Positions 10,763 to 22,430 are shown, numbered from the stretch's first letter. The stretch: 28,697 nt of DNA from Octopus sinensis (GCF_006345805.1 NW_021833529.1:1-28697), one strand, 5' to 3'. Notes: generated from the letters alone by a model not told the origin. Program-made: numbers and translations.

Positions 10763-11023
10763 CTTTCAATTAAATATAACATTTGATCACTTGGATTCTT
10801 TATCCAAAATTCGGACAGAACTTATGGATTGACCTGAGATATATACACCGGCGAAAATATATTTAAGACCGACGATAAAAGTTCTATTTCTTACAAAATA
10901 GTTTATTACTAACACCATACAAATTATTTATATCTTTTACACCTTATGCAAAATTTATTTCTCTTTCGAATGATGCAAACAATGTTTATACAATTTGAAG
11001 AATTCTAATGCTAAGTTAATATA

Positions 11024-11185
11024 TATTTCTTTACTGCCCACAAGGGGCTAAACATAGAGGGGACAAACAAGGACAGACAAACGGATTAAGTCGATTACAT
11101 CAACCCCAGTGCGTAACTGGTACTTAATTTATCGACCCCGAAATATGAAAGGCAAAGTCGACCTCGGCAGAATTTGAACTCAGAA
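11024..11185 (-). mobile_element. SINE family 2, 5'-truncated
   Basis: Minus strand TTCTGAGTTCAAATTCTGCCGAGGTCGACTTTGCCTTTCAT...GGGGTCGATAAATTAAGTACCAG... with a B-box-like GAGTTCAAATTC. Homologous to 27288-27445. Confidence 0.85.
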
Positions 11186-11298
11186 TATTTGTCTTAAAAC
11201 ATTCAGACAAGAAAATTCAGATGTAGCACATGAGGTATTATTCCATACGAATATCCATATATTTATGTTAAGAGTTTCATGATAAAGATATAGAAATA

Positions 11299-11738
11299 TT
11301 GGGTTGTCCTCCATTTAGAGCACAGTTTAAGCTATCTTTTCGTGGAAGAAGGTTTATGTTCCTATAACCTGTGCTAATTCTGTAACCCTTTAAAATAAAA
11401 GATGAGAAAGTTCATTTTTGGTACTTGATGCTTTGGGAACCAGACAAATATTGCTGCTGCTCGGCTGGGATGTGTTACCCCAACCCTCCCCTATTCGCCA
11501 GATATTGCTCCTTCGGATTTCCACTTATTCAGGTCTCTGCAGAAAAGTCTTAATGGTAAAAATTTCAATTCCTTAGATGACACTACCTTGACGAATTCTT
11601 TGCCTTGAAAGCACCCCAATCTGGGAAGAGGGTATTTTCAAGGTAAAGGAAAGGTGGAGACGTATTGTACAACGAAATGGTTCAGATTTGGTTCATTAAA
11701 AATGTAATCGCAAGTATTTGGTGACCTTTATAACCCAA
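11299..11738 (+). mobile_element. Internally deleted mariner (440 bp, MITE-like)
   Basis: TA|TTGGGTT at the left end and AACCCAA|TA at the right end. N-terminal KDEKVHFWYLMLWE is joined directly to C-terminal TRQILLLLGWDVLP..PYSPDIAPSDFHLFRSLQ...KERWRRIVQRNG. Confidence 0.8.
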
Positions 11739-12469
11739 TATAAACATAACAATGAAATACAAATATAAACATGAAAAATAAAAACCTAAATTGGAAGAGG
11801 CGATTAAAATTTTTTACCTAACTTGCAGCCGTTTCAAAAAAGTGGTTGTACGAAGTATTCGAAATTCAGCCCTCCTTCCTCAGGGTTCCTTTATCGAGGT
11901 AAAATCCAGCAAAAATCAGTAAGGCACTACATGGTGAAAGTTCAGTTTTCTGAAGTATCGAAGATTTTCTGAAGATTTTCAAGTTCAAGATTTTCACGTT
12001 TAAATAAGAAATGAAAATCATTGAAAGGTTAACTTTAGTTATTCATGCAAATAAAAACCATTGGGAATATTCCACTCTGTACTAATAAGAAAGAAATTAT
12101 TTAAGACTTTAGATTTGTGCATACTATCTAATCCAGATAGTATTTTCAAAAAGCTTTACAGTTTTATATTTAAAAAATTTTATTTTGAAGTTTAAGAAAA
12201 TTATAAGACACTATGCTTACAACATACTAAAATGTCTGTAATTTTATTTAATATGTCTTTATTTCTATTACTAGCGTATAGTATGCTACTCGATTCCTTG
12301 ATGCAAAGCCTATACGATTTAGTATATGTGTTCTTTGGTGTTGATTCAGTAATTATCGATCATCGTTAATTATACTCAATGTTAGACTGTATGAGGTGGT
12401 TAATGTATGATGCTAATGTCGTGGAAGTTTTTATATAGACGTGAATAAATGAATTCTTGAGCCCCTATA

Positions 12470-12599
12470 TCTATTTTTAAAATCAGTAGTACTCCCTATA
12501 TAAATTTTCACAAGTCCGGAGCGTTAAACTAATAAACCTGTTTGCTGTTTACACACCCCTCTTCGTTTCTTGTTCGTTTCTTTTGTAAATTCCAAATAC

Positions 12600-12600
<1 letters not shown>
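12470..12600 (+). mobile_element. Possible Penelope-like tail remnant
   Basis: CCGGAGCGTTAAACTAATAAACC followed by a T-rich tail running into (TA)n resembles PLE 3' tails (recall only). No hammerhead core is visible. Confidence 0.25.
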
Positions 12601-12748
<148 letters not shown>

Positions 12749-12804
12749 GGATTTTGCAGACAGGAACTGAAACAAATCGATCGTATATATATATGTAAGT
12801 GTAT

Positions 12805-14767
12805 TGGCAACATGAATGACAATGGCCAGACACTACTTGAATTTTGCACATACCATAACCTGTGCATCACTAACATATTCTTTGCCAACAAGACATCCCA
12901 CAAGGCGTCTTGGAGACATGCAAGATCTCACCACTGGCCTCAGCTGGATCTCATCATTTCACGAAGACCGTTTCTGAATTCTGTTTAACTGACTCGTAGT
13001 TACCACAACGCGGATTATGACACAGATTATTCACTAATGAGAAGCAGAGTGAGGATTCTGCCTAAAAAGTCTATCACTACAAGAAAATGGGCCGACGACG
13101 CATTAACACTGCCAGAACCGCCGACCCTACACTGCGACAATGTTTTGCCGTTTCTATCAAAGTTGCCCTCAGTAGCTGCCCAACCACCTCTGCTGAAAGT
13201 AGGTGGAATTATATCAGGGAAGCTTTGTATACCACATCAATAGATACTTTCGGCACGAGAGAAAGGCAAAACCCAGATTTTGTTCAGTGCTGGGCTCTCA
13301 GAGCTGGAAACAGTTATCGAAACAAAGCGTGCAGCTCTGGTGTAATTTAAGAGTGATTCTTCTATAAAGTCACTCGAAGAAGTCAGAAAGGCGAGAAATA
13401 AAACCCAACTGACTGCCAGACGCTGTGAAAATAGGTATTGGCAGGAAATCTGTCAGAGTATCCTGTCAGCTGCTGACAGGAGCGACACCCGTGGGATGTA
13501 TGCCGGTTTGAAGAAGGCCCTCGGTCCATCCGCAACCAAGTCAGCCCCTCTGAAATCAACTACTGGGGATCTCATCAAGGACCAAAGCAAGCAAATGGAT
13601 AGATGGGTGGAGTACTACCAGGATCTCTACTCACGAGAGACCACGGTAGCTGGGGCTGAAATCGAGGGTGTCAAGATCTTGTCAGTCATGTGTGAACTTG
13701 ACAGTCTGCCATCTATAGCAGAGCTCACCAAGGCTATTGACTCCTTAGCAAGTAACAAGGCCCCGGGAAAAGACGGCATCTCCTTAGAGATCATCAAAAC
13801 CGGCAAAAACACCATCCTGCTTCGGCACATTGATGAGCTTCTGTGTCACTGCTGGGAAGAGGGTACAGTCCCTCAGGATATGCGGGATGCTAACATCATT
13901 ACGCTTTACAAAAACAAAGGTGACCGTGGTGATTGTAACAATTACCGTGGAATATCTCTTCTAAGCACTGTTGGAAAGGCCTCTGCTCGCATTATCCTGT
14001 CAAGGCAGCTGCTGTGATGGCCCAACTCTCCAAACGGGCATGGGACAACAATAAGCTGACCGAGGCCACAAAAATGAAGATTTACCAGGCATGTGTACTT
14101 AGCACTCTACTCTATGGAAGTGAGACTTGGACGCCATACACACGCCATACGACGCCATACGTCGCCTAAATATCTCTCACCTGCGCTGCCTCCGGAAAAT
14201 CCTTCGCATCAAATGGCAGAATCATGTCCCCAACAAAGATGTCCTCAAGCAAGCAGGAATACCAAGCATGTTTACACACCTCACACAAAGACGTATGAGA
14301 TAGCTTGGACATGTTAGCCGTATGAAAGATGGCAGAATCCCCAAGGACATACTCAACGGAGAGCTTGCTAGGGGCACTAGGTCTGTGGAAAGACCGTTCA
14401 TACGATACAAGGATGTTTGCAAAAGGGATATGAATGCCTGCAACATCAATATTACCAACTGGGAGGCAGTTGCCAGCAACAGTGGAGATTGGCGACGTAC
14501 CGTAAAAGAGGGAATACAAAGGAGTGACATAGAGAGAGAGGAGAAATGGAAAGACAAGAAAAGACGTCAACAAGAAAGTATGACATTACAACCAGCCAAG
14601 CAAAGTCTTCGCTACATTTGCGGCACCTGCCAGAGGGAGTGTTTGTCCAGGATAGGACTACACAGCCACAGCAGGAGATGTATTAGGACATGAAATGTAA
14701 AAGCCGGACTAGATTATTTTATGCGCAACTCCATAGTCTCCCGAGACAAAAAGGATGCCAACAACAA
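12805..14767 (+). mobile_element. RTE-clade LINE, 5'-truncated, RT core deleted
   Basis: APE C-terminus ([15 protein letters not shown]...[17 protein letters not shown]), linker, RT start (CWEEGTVPQDMRDANIITLYKNKGDRGDCNNYRGISLLS), post-RT segment (KAAAVMAQLSKR...LLYGSETW, RIPKDILNGEL), terminal zinc finger CGTCQRECLSRIGLHSHSRRC, stop at 14693, short 3' UTR and a (CAA)-type tail. Confidence 0.95.
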
Positions 14768-14774
14768 TATATAT

Positions 14775-14980
14775 GGATTTCGTAGACAGGAACTGAAGCA
14801 AATCAATCGTATATATATGTATATATGTAAGTGTATGTGTGTGTCTTTGTGTCTGTGTTTCGCCCTCCTCACAGCTTCACAACTGCTGTTCATTTACTTG
14901 CATCCACAAAACTTACTGGTTTCACAAGAACAAACTAATAGAATAAGTACTAGGCTTATCAACATAAAAAAGCACTAGGC
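14775..14980 (+). mobile_element. Diverged SINE central/3' part (family of 3657-4063), the target of the RTE insertion
   Basis: GGATTTCGTAGACAGGAACTGAAGCAA versus GGATTTGGTAGACGGAAACTGAAAGAA (from 3786). ATAGAATAAGTACTAGGCTTA also matches about 3948-3968. Confidence 0.75.
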
Positions 14981-15047
14981 TGTGTCTCATATTTTTGTTT
15001 GCCCACTCAGTTGTATCTATCAATTTATCTTTGTGTGTGTGTGTATA

Positions 15048-15055
15048 TCTATATC

Positions 15056-15115
<60 letters not shown>

Positions 15116-15760
15116 CACCCTAATGAGAGCCTTAACTCCCAAATTTTAGTCATTTCTTTTATGATCCAAAACTAGGTCAAAAGTACTGAATGGATCTTTA
15201 TGAAATTTGGAAATTATATTCTAAGCATAAGGGCCATAACCCCCATGACAATTCATATATTCTTGCTGTTGATGAAATTTTAACCATCCCAGATGAGTGA
15301 CTGGTTATTCAAAGACATTTATAGATTTTAAATTCATTCTGTCCAGTTACGTAACAGTATAGTGGTCATTTGCAAAATCCAGAGGTGACACTTTAATTTC
15401 TCCTAAGCCCTCACGTCACACAGTTGTTAATGTTGATTTCAGTTGGGTCACGCCCTTCCAATTGCTATAGATTCGTAATGCATCTTACGGCTGTGCATGT
15501 CACCTGCATGGTGAGGAATCATACATTGGGACTGGTAACGACCAAGGTAGGGTAACTGACTGATTATTGTGATCATTCATCTTTTGGTTTCCATGTGGCA
15601 CGATTACAATTTTTTTAGGGTGTGTAAAGAGGGAAATAACCCTCATCTGCAATTTTGATGAAATTCAAAACATAGATATTCCAGTTCATTCAGAAAATAT
15701 AACAGAACAGTCTAATTCTTCAATAGAATGTAACTGGGCAACGCCGGGTATCTCTGCTAG
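15048..15760 (+). mobile_element. Non-autonomous Helitron
   Basis: 3' end CTGGGCAACGCCGGGTATCTCTG-CTAG|T (GC-rich hairpin then CTAG at 15757-15760, followed by T). Putative 5' end A|TC at 15048, followed by (TA)n. The 3' end is well supported; the 5' end is inferred. Confidence 0.7.
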
Positions 15761-15763
15761 TAT

Positions 15764-15845
<82 letters not shown>

Positions 15846-15981
15846 GGTGTAAGCACATAAATGCGGAACCAGGTGGAAAAAAAGAGAACTCAAATACCAG
15901 AAGTAGAGTAATATGCTATATTTAAAAGCAGCACAGATATTTCTGCTGCTTTTTAATAAATTACATATATATGTATGTATG

Positions 15982-16015
<34 letters not shown>

Positions 16016-16080
16016 TGTATGTATGTATGTATGTATGTATGTATGTATGTATGTATATATATAGATAGATAGATAGATAG

Positions 16081-16112
<32 letters not shown>

Positions 16113-16145
16113 CAGACAGCCAGACAGACAGACAGACAGACAGAC

Positions 16146-16188
<43 letters not shown>

Positions 16189-16189
16189 C

Positions 16190-16270
<81 letters not shown>
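15761..16270. repeat. (TA)n, (TATG)n and (GATA)n/(GACA)n microsatellites
   Basis: Tracts at 15761-15842 and 15965-16270. Confidence 0.95.
15843..15960 (-). mobile_element. Penelope-like tail remnant (same family as 27561-27735)
   Basis: 15843-15931 is the reverse complement of about 27644-27734 (TGCTGCTTT.....AGCATATTACTCTACTTCTGGTATTTGAGT...). It is followed by an inverted restart of the same tail at 15936-15960. Confidence 0.7.
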
Positions 16271-16828
16271 TGTTTCTTTATTAGCCACACAGGGCTGCAC
16301 ACAGATAGAACAAATTACAAGGTAGAGCTTTTCTTTTGAAGGTTTAAAAAAAAAAAAAAAAAGGAAGGGGGAGTTTCGATCAAAAGGGATCGTAAAAGGA
16401 GAGAAAGAGGACAAAAAAGGGGGGCTTAAAAAAAAGGGGGAGAGGAAAAAAAAAATTGATCAATAGGGATCGTTATCACAGAAATGTCAATATGAAGTGT
16501 AAAGGGGAGGACAGGTGAGGTTTACCCGTGGAAGGAAAAGCCTACGGAAAAGACCACGGTAACCTCGGTCAATGGAGTCACATGTTATATTTCTTTTTTT
16601 TTTTTTTGCAAATAAGCAACTCTCTGTTTTCAATTTCTGGGTTCATAGGATCATGCTCAAGGTGGTTTCGTCATTCATACGTGCCATTCTTGCTACATTC
16701 ACCCATCTTTTTTAAAACATTCGCTAGACAAAACTTGCCTCTCTACTCTCACTTTCCTTTTCAAGTGGTACTTGAAGAAGTTGATGAGAGATTGACCAGA
16801 GAGGAAAGTGTTTGTCTCCAATCCTTTC
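16271..16828 (-). mobile_element. Tx1/L1-like LINE, 5'-truncated (ORF2 C-terminus plus 3' UTR), embedded in (TATC)n
   Basis: Minus strand reads KGLETNTFLSGQSLINFFKYHLKRKVRVERQVLSSECF, then a pyrimidine-rich 3' UTR ending AATAAAGAAACA and running into (TATC)n. (TATC)n also abuts the 5' junction. Confidence 0.8.
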
Positions 16829-17065
<237 letters not shown>

Positions 17066-17640
17066 CGGTTTTATAGAGGATTAGTGGATGGGAAGTGCGA
17101 CGACCTGCTCGGTTCAAGACAACTATCGGGCCGTGATCTATGGACAATCACCAAATATCCCTGGCCTGGCAGTGCTATCGAAAAGCATTACCTGTTCGGG
17201 ATAAGCTCTACAGGCACGGTTCGAGACACACCGGACCGACTTGCCCGGGATGCAGTCAGAGCAACGGAACCGTTCTGCACGCACTCGTGTAGTGTCAAAC
17301 AATTTCGGACCTGTGAGCTTATACCGAACGGCTGCTGTCATGTGTGGGACGAGTCCACCTGTCGATCGAGTCTATCGTGACCATTGCTCCGCTACCTTTC
17401 CTCAACCGGGAAGGCAAGGCAGTCTTCATAGTACTAGTGGCCACGGTGAAAGAATGTGTGTGGTGGACTCGAACGAAAGGATTAGAGACAAACACTTACC
17501 TCTATGGCCAATTGCTCATCAACTTTTTCAAGTACCACTTGAAAAGGAAGGCGAGAATGGAGAGGCAGGTTTTGTCTCGTGAAAGTTTCAAAGAAAGGTG
17601 GGTGAATGTAGCAAAGATACTTAGTATGTCCTTTGATTAA
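17066..17640 (+). mobile_element. Tx1/L1-like LINE ORF2 C-terminal fragment with zinc knuckle
   Basis: QISLAWQCYRKALPVRDKLYRHG...CPGCSQSNGTVLHALV*C (CxxC-x8-H-x4-C, zf-RVT-like), then LLSCVGRVHLSIESIV...VWWTRTKGLETN...RWVNVAK. Two in-frame stops and a frameshift. Confidence 0.85.
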
Positions 17641-18279
17641 TTTTAATCCTTCAGTTATTTAATGTTTGAGGATGGGGAGACCTGCAATCGCCTGTTATTA
17701 TCAATTTTAATTGTTACACTAGATAATAACAGAGTCAATGGTATCTTCGCAAAGTATTTTTTCGTGAATTATATTTTTCTCGTGAATTATTTGCTCGGTA
17801 TAGAAAGATAGATATGTATTAGAATGGACATAATAGAGTAATGTAGATTATGTAAGGTAGAGTTAGATATAAATGAGGAATTGTATAGAGGTGGGGAAAT
17901 TGGTGGTTAATCTTAGAGATTATGACGTGGTAACATCATTGATGAGGAAGAAGAAAAGCAGGGGAGGTAAATAAGTGAAGTCAAGAAGAAGCTGATGAAA
18001 GTTGATCAACAGATGAAATAGTATCCACAAATATCACACGCAAATACGCATACAAATACGCACACATACACACACATATAATGAATGTACGTGCTTTTTA
18101 AGCATATAAATTCAAGGTTCAATAATTAAACAAAGAACTGAGAACGTGGATCTCAGTTAAATGTTTGTTTTTCTTCCTAGAATGGTGTCTGTGAATTAAA
18201 ACTTTCGCGGAAATCTGCTTTGATACGTTTATATAAACCAACTTACGCAAAACTTCGAAGTTACTGCCACCATTTTAAA

Positions 18280-18334
18280 AATACAGACACACATACATAT
18301 ATACATACATACATGCATACATACACACACACAA

Positions 18335-18398
<64 letters not shown>

Positions 18399-18881
18399 GT
18401 AAATTTAAACATATATGTATACATATATACATATAGATATTAATACATCATATATATATATATATATGCATACACAGATATTGGCTCATATATGCACACA
18501 CACAGGCGTGCGCACACGCGAATGTTAAACGGATATTTTTTTATTACCTATTTACTAATTTACAGGAAACATTTATGGTCTAAACTTGAAGACTAGCTTC
18601 ACATGTACATTAAAAGATCTAAGCGATTTCTTGCTCCCTCGGGTCCGATTTTGTGACGGACGAATAATTGAGCATCAACATTTTACAACATCATATAACA
18701 TTATCATTGTCGCCGTCGTTGTCGTCGTCATTATCATCATCATCATCATGACCATCACCACCACCAACAACAACAACAAGATAATCATCATCATCACCAT
18801 CATCATCATCCTCGTCGTCATCATCATTATCATCACCGCCACAACCATCATCATCATTATCATCACCACCACAACCATCAC

Positions 18882-18915
<34 letters not shown>

Positions 18916-19036
18916 GTTATCATTGTCCTAATATTTATCAGTGCCATTAACATCATCGTCTTTATCATTATTATGTGTACCGTTGTCATCAGCTTTCGCA
19001 TTATGCTCTCATAATCATAATCATCATCATCGTCCC

Positions 19037-19073
<37 letters not shown>

Positions 19074-19387
19074 TCAGTTATGATTGCCATTAACAAAATT
19101 TACTCAAGAATCACTAATTAATGTATTGCCGTGTGCCTTTTAGCCAGAAACTAGGAAGCGACCAGGCTATCGGTCGTTGTTGTACACCGCTAGACACAAT
19201 GCACTTCCTTGCATTATCGTAACTGCCGAATAATACCAATATGGAAACGATTTAGTCCGGCCAATATATTACACACACACACACGCACACACACGCACGC
19301 ACACGCACACACACACACGCACACACACAAACACACACACGCACACACACACTCACACACACACACACACATATATGTATATATATA
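18280..19387. repeat. (TA)n/(CA)n tracts and a compound (ATC)n/(GTC)n/(ACC)n trinucleotide array
   Basis: Tracts at about 18280-18500, 18690-19075 and 19270-19387. The poly-I/poly-M ORFs are artefacts. Confidence 0.95.
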
Positions 19388-20560
19388 TTAGCAGAAATAT
19401 CCGGCGTTGCCCGGGTTAATGAAAATTTAATGAAATTTTAAAATGCCGTATAGATAACGCAGATCTCAACTGCTAGTAACTGATATACCTACTTTCTGTC
19501 TGCCATGTTTATCACTGAGAATAAAGAGGTTCTTTTCATCTCCAACTCTAGAACATCCAACATACAGCTAATCATGAAAGAAGTAAGGATGAAGGAGGTT
19601 AAGTTTCACCACCATTAGAGATTTACCTTGTGCTTTGTTGATAGACATTTGAAAGCTAAGTTTGGCAAGAAACTGCATTCTCTTGAACTGGAAGAGATCA
19701 TTTGAGATGAGAGGTATCCTTGGAATGAAGACATTCTCACCTATCATGTTGCCAAGATGGAGAAGAGGTTTCTCAGCTGCAATGGAGACTTGCACATTTG
19801 TGCCTCTGTCAGAGTGACATCCCAGTGTGCCTCATCTTCCAGAAGACCTCTGAGATGGCGAGCCCGGCGATATGTTTGACATACTGTGTTATCAGCCGTA
19901 CGTATGGCTGTAAATGATGTGGGTCCCTTCACTTGATGTAATCAAAGCCTTAGATAGTGGCACTCTGAATATATGGGATGGACAACATAGACTCTGCTAA
20001 GTATGTCTGATTTCTTGATTCCCGGTTGATAAGTGGGTGCTCCAAGTGCACGTCGCTTTGGCACCAGGTATAGAATTGTGGAACTTCATTGTATAGCAGT
20101 TTTGTTGCAAATTCATCTTGACAGAGCTTGAAGAATGCTGTGAGTGTGGTACTTTTGGGAGCTCCCATTCGTAGTTGTACTGTGTTTGTCAGTGTGTTGT
20201 CTCTGAGATGGAGGACAATGTCACACTTGTCATGTTCTTGCCCAACCAGAAGCAAAGCTATTTCATTTGCTGTTGGCGCATTAAACCTCCCTCCATGTTG
20301 AGCAGATATTTTCTTGTCTGATCAGATAACTACCTTGTAATCCAGGGAGTCAAGTGGAATTGTTTCAAGCGCAGTCTTGAAGCTTCTGATCAGGTTGTTG
20401 TTGTTGTTACGCAGCATCTTTTGCAGAGAAACTATACTGTTCATCCTGGTGCCGGAAATGTTCTTGCACCTCTCTTGCCCTTCTTGTTAAGAAGGGTATC
20501 TCTCTTTCCCTGGACAGAGACATTCTCTTGGCTGACCTCGATATTGTAGACAAATTAGCA
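19388..20560 (-). mobile_element. Helitron with an internally deleted RepHel pseudogene and intact 3' terminus
   Basis: Minus-strand peptides: RFNAPTANEIALLLVGQEHDKCDIVLH; PKSTTLTAFFKLC..LLYNEVPQFYTW; RVYVVHP..EC.YLR..LHQVKGPTSF..RT; LLEDEAHW; and the PIF1 C-terminus GENVFIPRIPL...FQMSINKAQGKSL...LYVGCSRVG. 3' end CCCGGGCAACGCCGGATATTTCTG-CTAA|T at 19388. Confidence 0.92.
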
Positions 20561-21619
20561 TAACTACAGATTTCTGCCACCCTCCTCCGAATTTGGATGA
20601 TCATACCTTTCAGAAAAATGGATATTTTTAATAAGGTTTTCTCCAAATATGTGCTATATCATGAATCTACAAAAATTTAGGGGAAAAGTGTTTTATAGGG
20701 TGGGAGTATTTCGCAAAATTCACCGGAGTCCACTTCAATTCGTCTTAACTTTCAAGAAAATGGATATTTTTTACTGAAATTCTCTATAAATATACATCGG
20801 ACTATGTAGATTCCGAAGATATAGAAATTTGCGGGTATTCCCGGACAATGCATACATAAAAACAAATTCAGGTATGAAATCGAAGCAGCGCTAGTTTCAT
20901 AAACATTATCAACACATGCTTAACGGATATGGTCAGTGTGTTTCTCGGTATGTTACGATTTGGCCTAGTGGAAAATCTTCTCCCAAAGCGCCGGGTGTAC
21001 CTGACAGTCAGGGACAGGCGAGACAACTCAAAGCATTCCTATTTACGAATTGAAATTGATTCACACCACTCTTTTACAAGGCGATCTTTGTACGACGGTT
21101 GTGCCTCTGACAGATATTGTTATATTCCGAAGTCGTCAATAGAATGGTTCTATCTGGCACTGTACGACCCCCTCCCAGTCGTACACTGTTATTATCCTCA
21201 AAAGGATGGATCGTTATAACGTCCACTCGGTATAATTACTAGTTCAGTACAGACATGACTATCAACACAGTCTACACGTACTCTCCTACTCTACGTACGC
21301 TTTTAATGCAAGCCGACGTCACCTTACTTGTAGTGACACTCACATTCCACTCGTGAAGTGGGAGGCGTGTACCATTATTATTATTTCCCTACAACACCTT
21401 TGACGTTAACTCACGTGGAAAAGCATGAACATCATCACGCTGCTGTTAGGGTTCTGTACTAAATGGAAAAAAATTACGTAAATAATAATGTCTAGTTTTA
21501 TAAGATATTTATATTGTTGTTGCTGTTCTTCTTTTCTTCTTCTTCTTCGGATGATGATGATGAAACAACACTTTGCTGTCAGGAGGCAAAATATTACCAA
21601 AGAATATCATCCGTGCTCA

Positions 21620-22430
21620 TCTTAATATATTTATGACGAATTATCAAGGACGTGAGGGTCCGGCGAGTTTCTATTGTTTCTTTGTCCAATAGTATCGTGC
21701 GGTTGAGAGGAGCTTTTCTCTACAAACTTTCCACTTGTAGCAGGTCGACCAACCACATAACGGATATCTTCCTTCTTTCCTTTTGTTTTGCTTTGTATTC
21801 TTATCCCTGAGTCAGTGTATGCTCATGATCAGACGGACCATTCCTGCCGAGATTCTTATGTCTATTTACATAAACAGGACTATATTCTCCAAGGATTTCT
21901 GTTCATTGGCTGAACGAAATGTAGCTGATATTTCCAGGAAATCATGTGATCACTTAGAGGCGTCATCCTATGCATCTTAACAGGAATATCCTTCGGTCGA
22001 CTGACAGAGATCTTACCGCTTGCAGGATTGTGGCAAACTCAATTATTTTTCCAAATACAGATGTTAGTAAATGTGACGGCAAGTCATGAATTATTCACAA
22101 TACTCTACAGAATCATATCGTGTAAACGCTAAAGTTGTCTTCGGCACAAGAAATGGCCGAGAATCAGGCTCATTTTTGTGTGGCTACAGTTTGTATTTTT
22201 TCAATCGATTCATAAATAGCCCACAGAAAAAAAGCCTTATTTTTCACACTATGTCGTACTCTTCTTTGGAGATGTGTAGTGCCTCGAGCTTTCCCTTCTT
22301 CCGAAGAGGTCAGCCTAATATCTTCCGTTCCTATCTAGTCTTTATCTTCCTAAGTAGATGCAGTTGACAGATTTGAAAGGGGACTTCGTAGTCGTTTAGT
22401 CTTGCTGTTGCTGTGGATGACATTCATTGT
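21620..22430 (-). pseudogene. Possible MULE/SWIM-type transposase remnant
   Basis: Minus frame gives VPFQICQLHLLRKIK (CxxH-like motif), KLEALHISKEEYD and TCRHIY (SWIM-like CxH). Heavily interrupted by stops, and no catalytic Asp motif or TIR was seen. Confidence 0.33.

Larger units (their letters stand above)
8272..10837 (+). mobile_element. mariner (DD34D) element, full length but decayed, interrupted in its 5' UTR by another transposon
   Basis: The left TIR TCAAGTCATCCAATCAGTTCTGTCC (from 8272, after a TA) matches the reverse complement of the right TIR TCAGGTCAATCCATAAGTTCTGTCC (ending 10837). A transposase remnant lies at 9781-10762. Confidence 0.85.

Noticed and set aside
20560-20895. 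CTAG|T at 20891-20895 as another Helitron 3' end; duplicated AAAATGGATATTTTT motif
   Set aside because: The only nearby hairpin is about 60 nt upstream rather than adjacent, and no 5' end could be defined.
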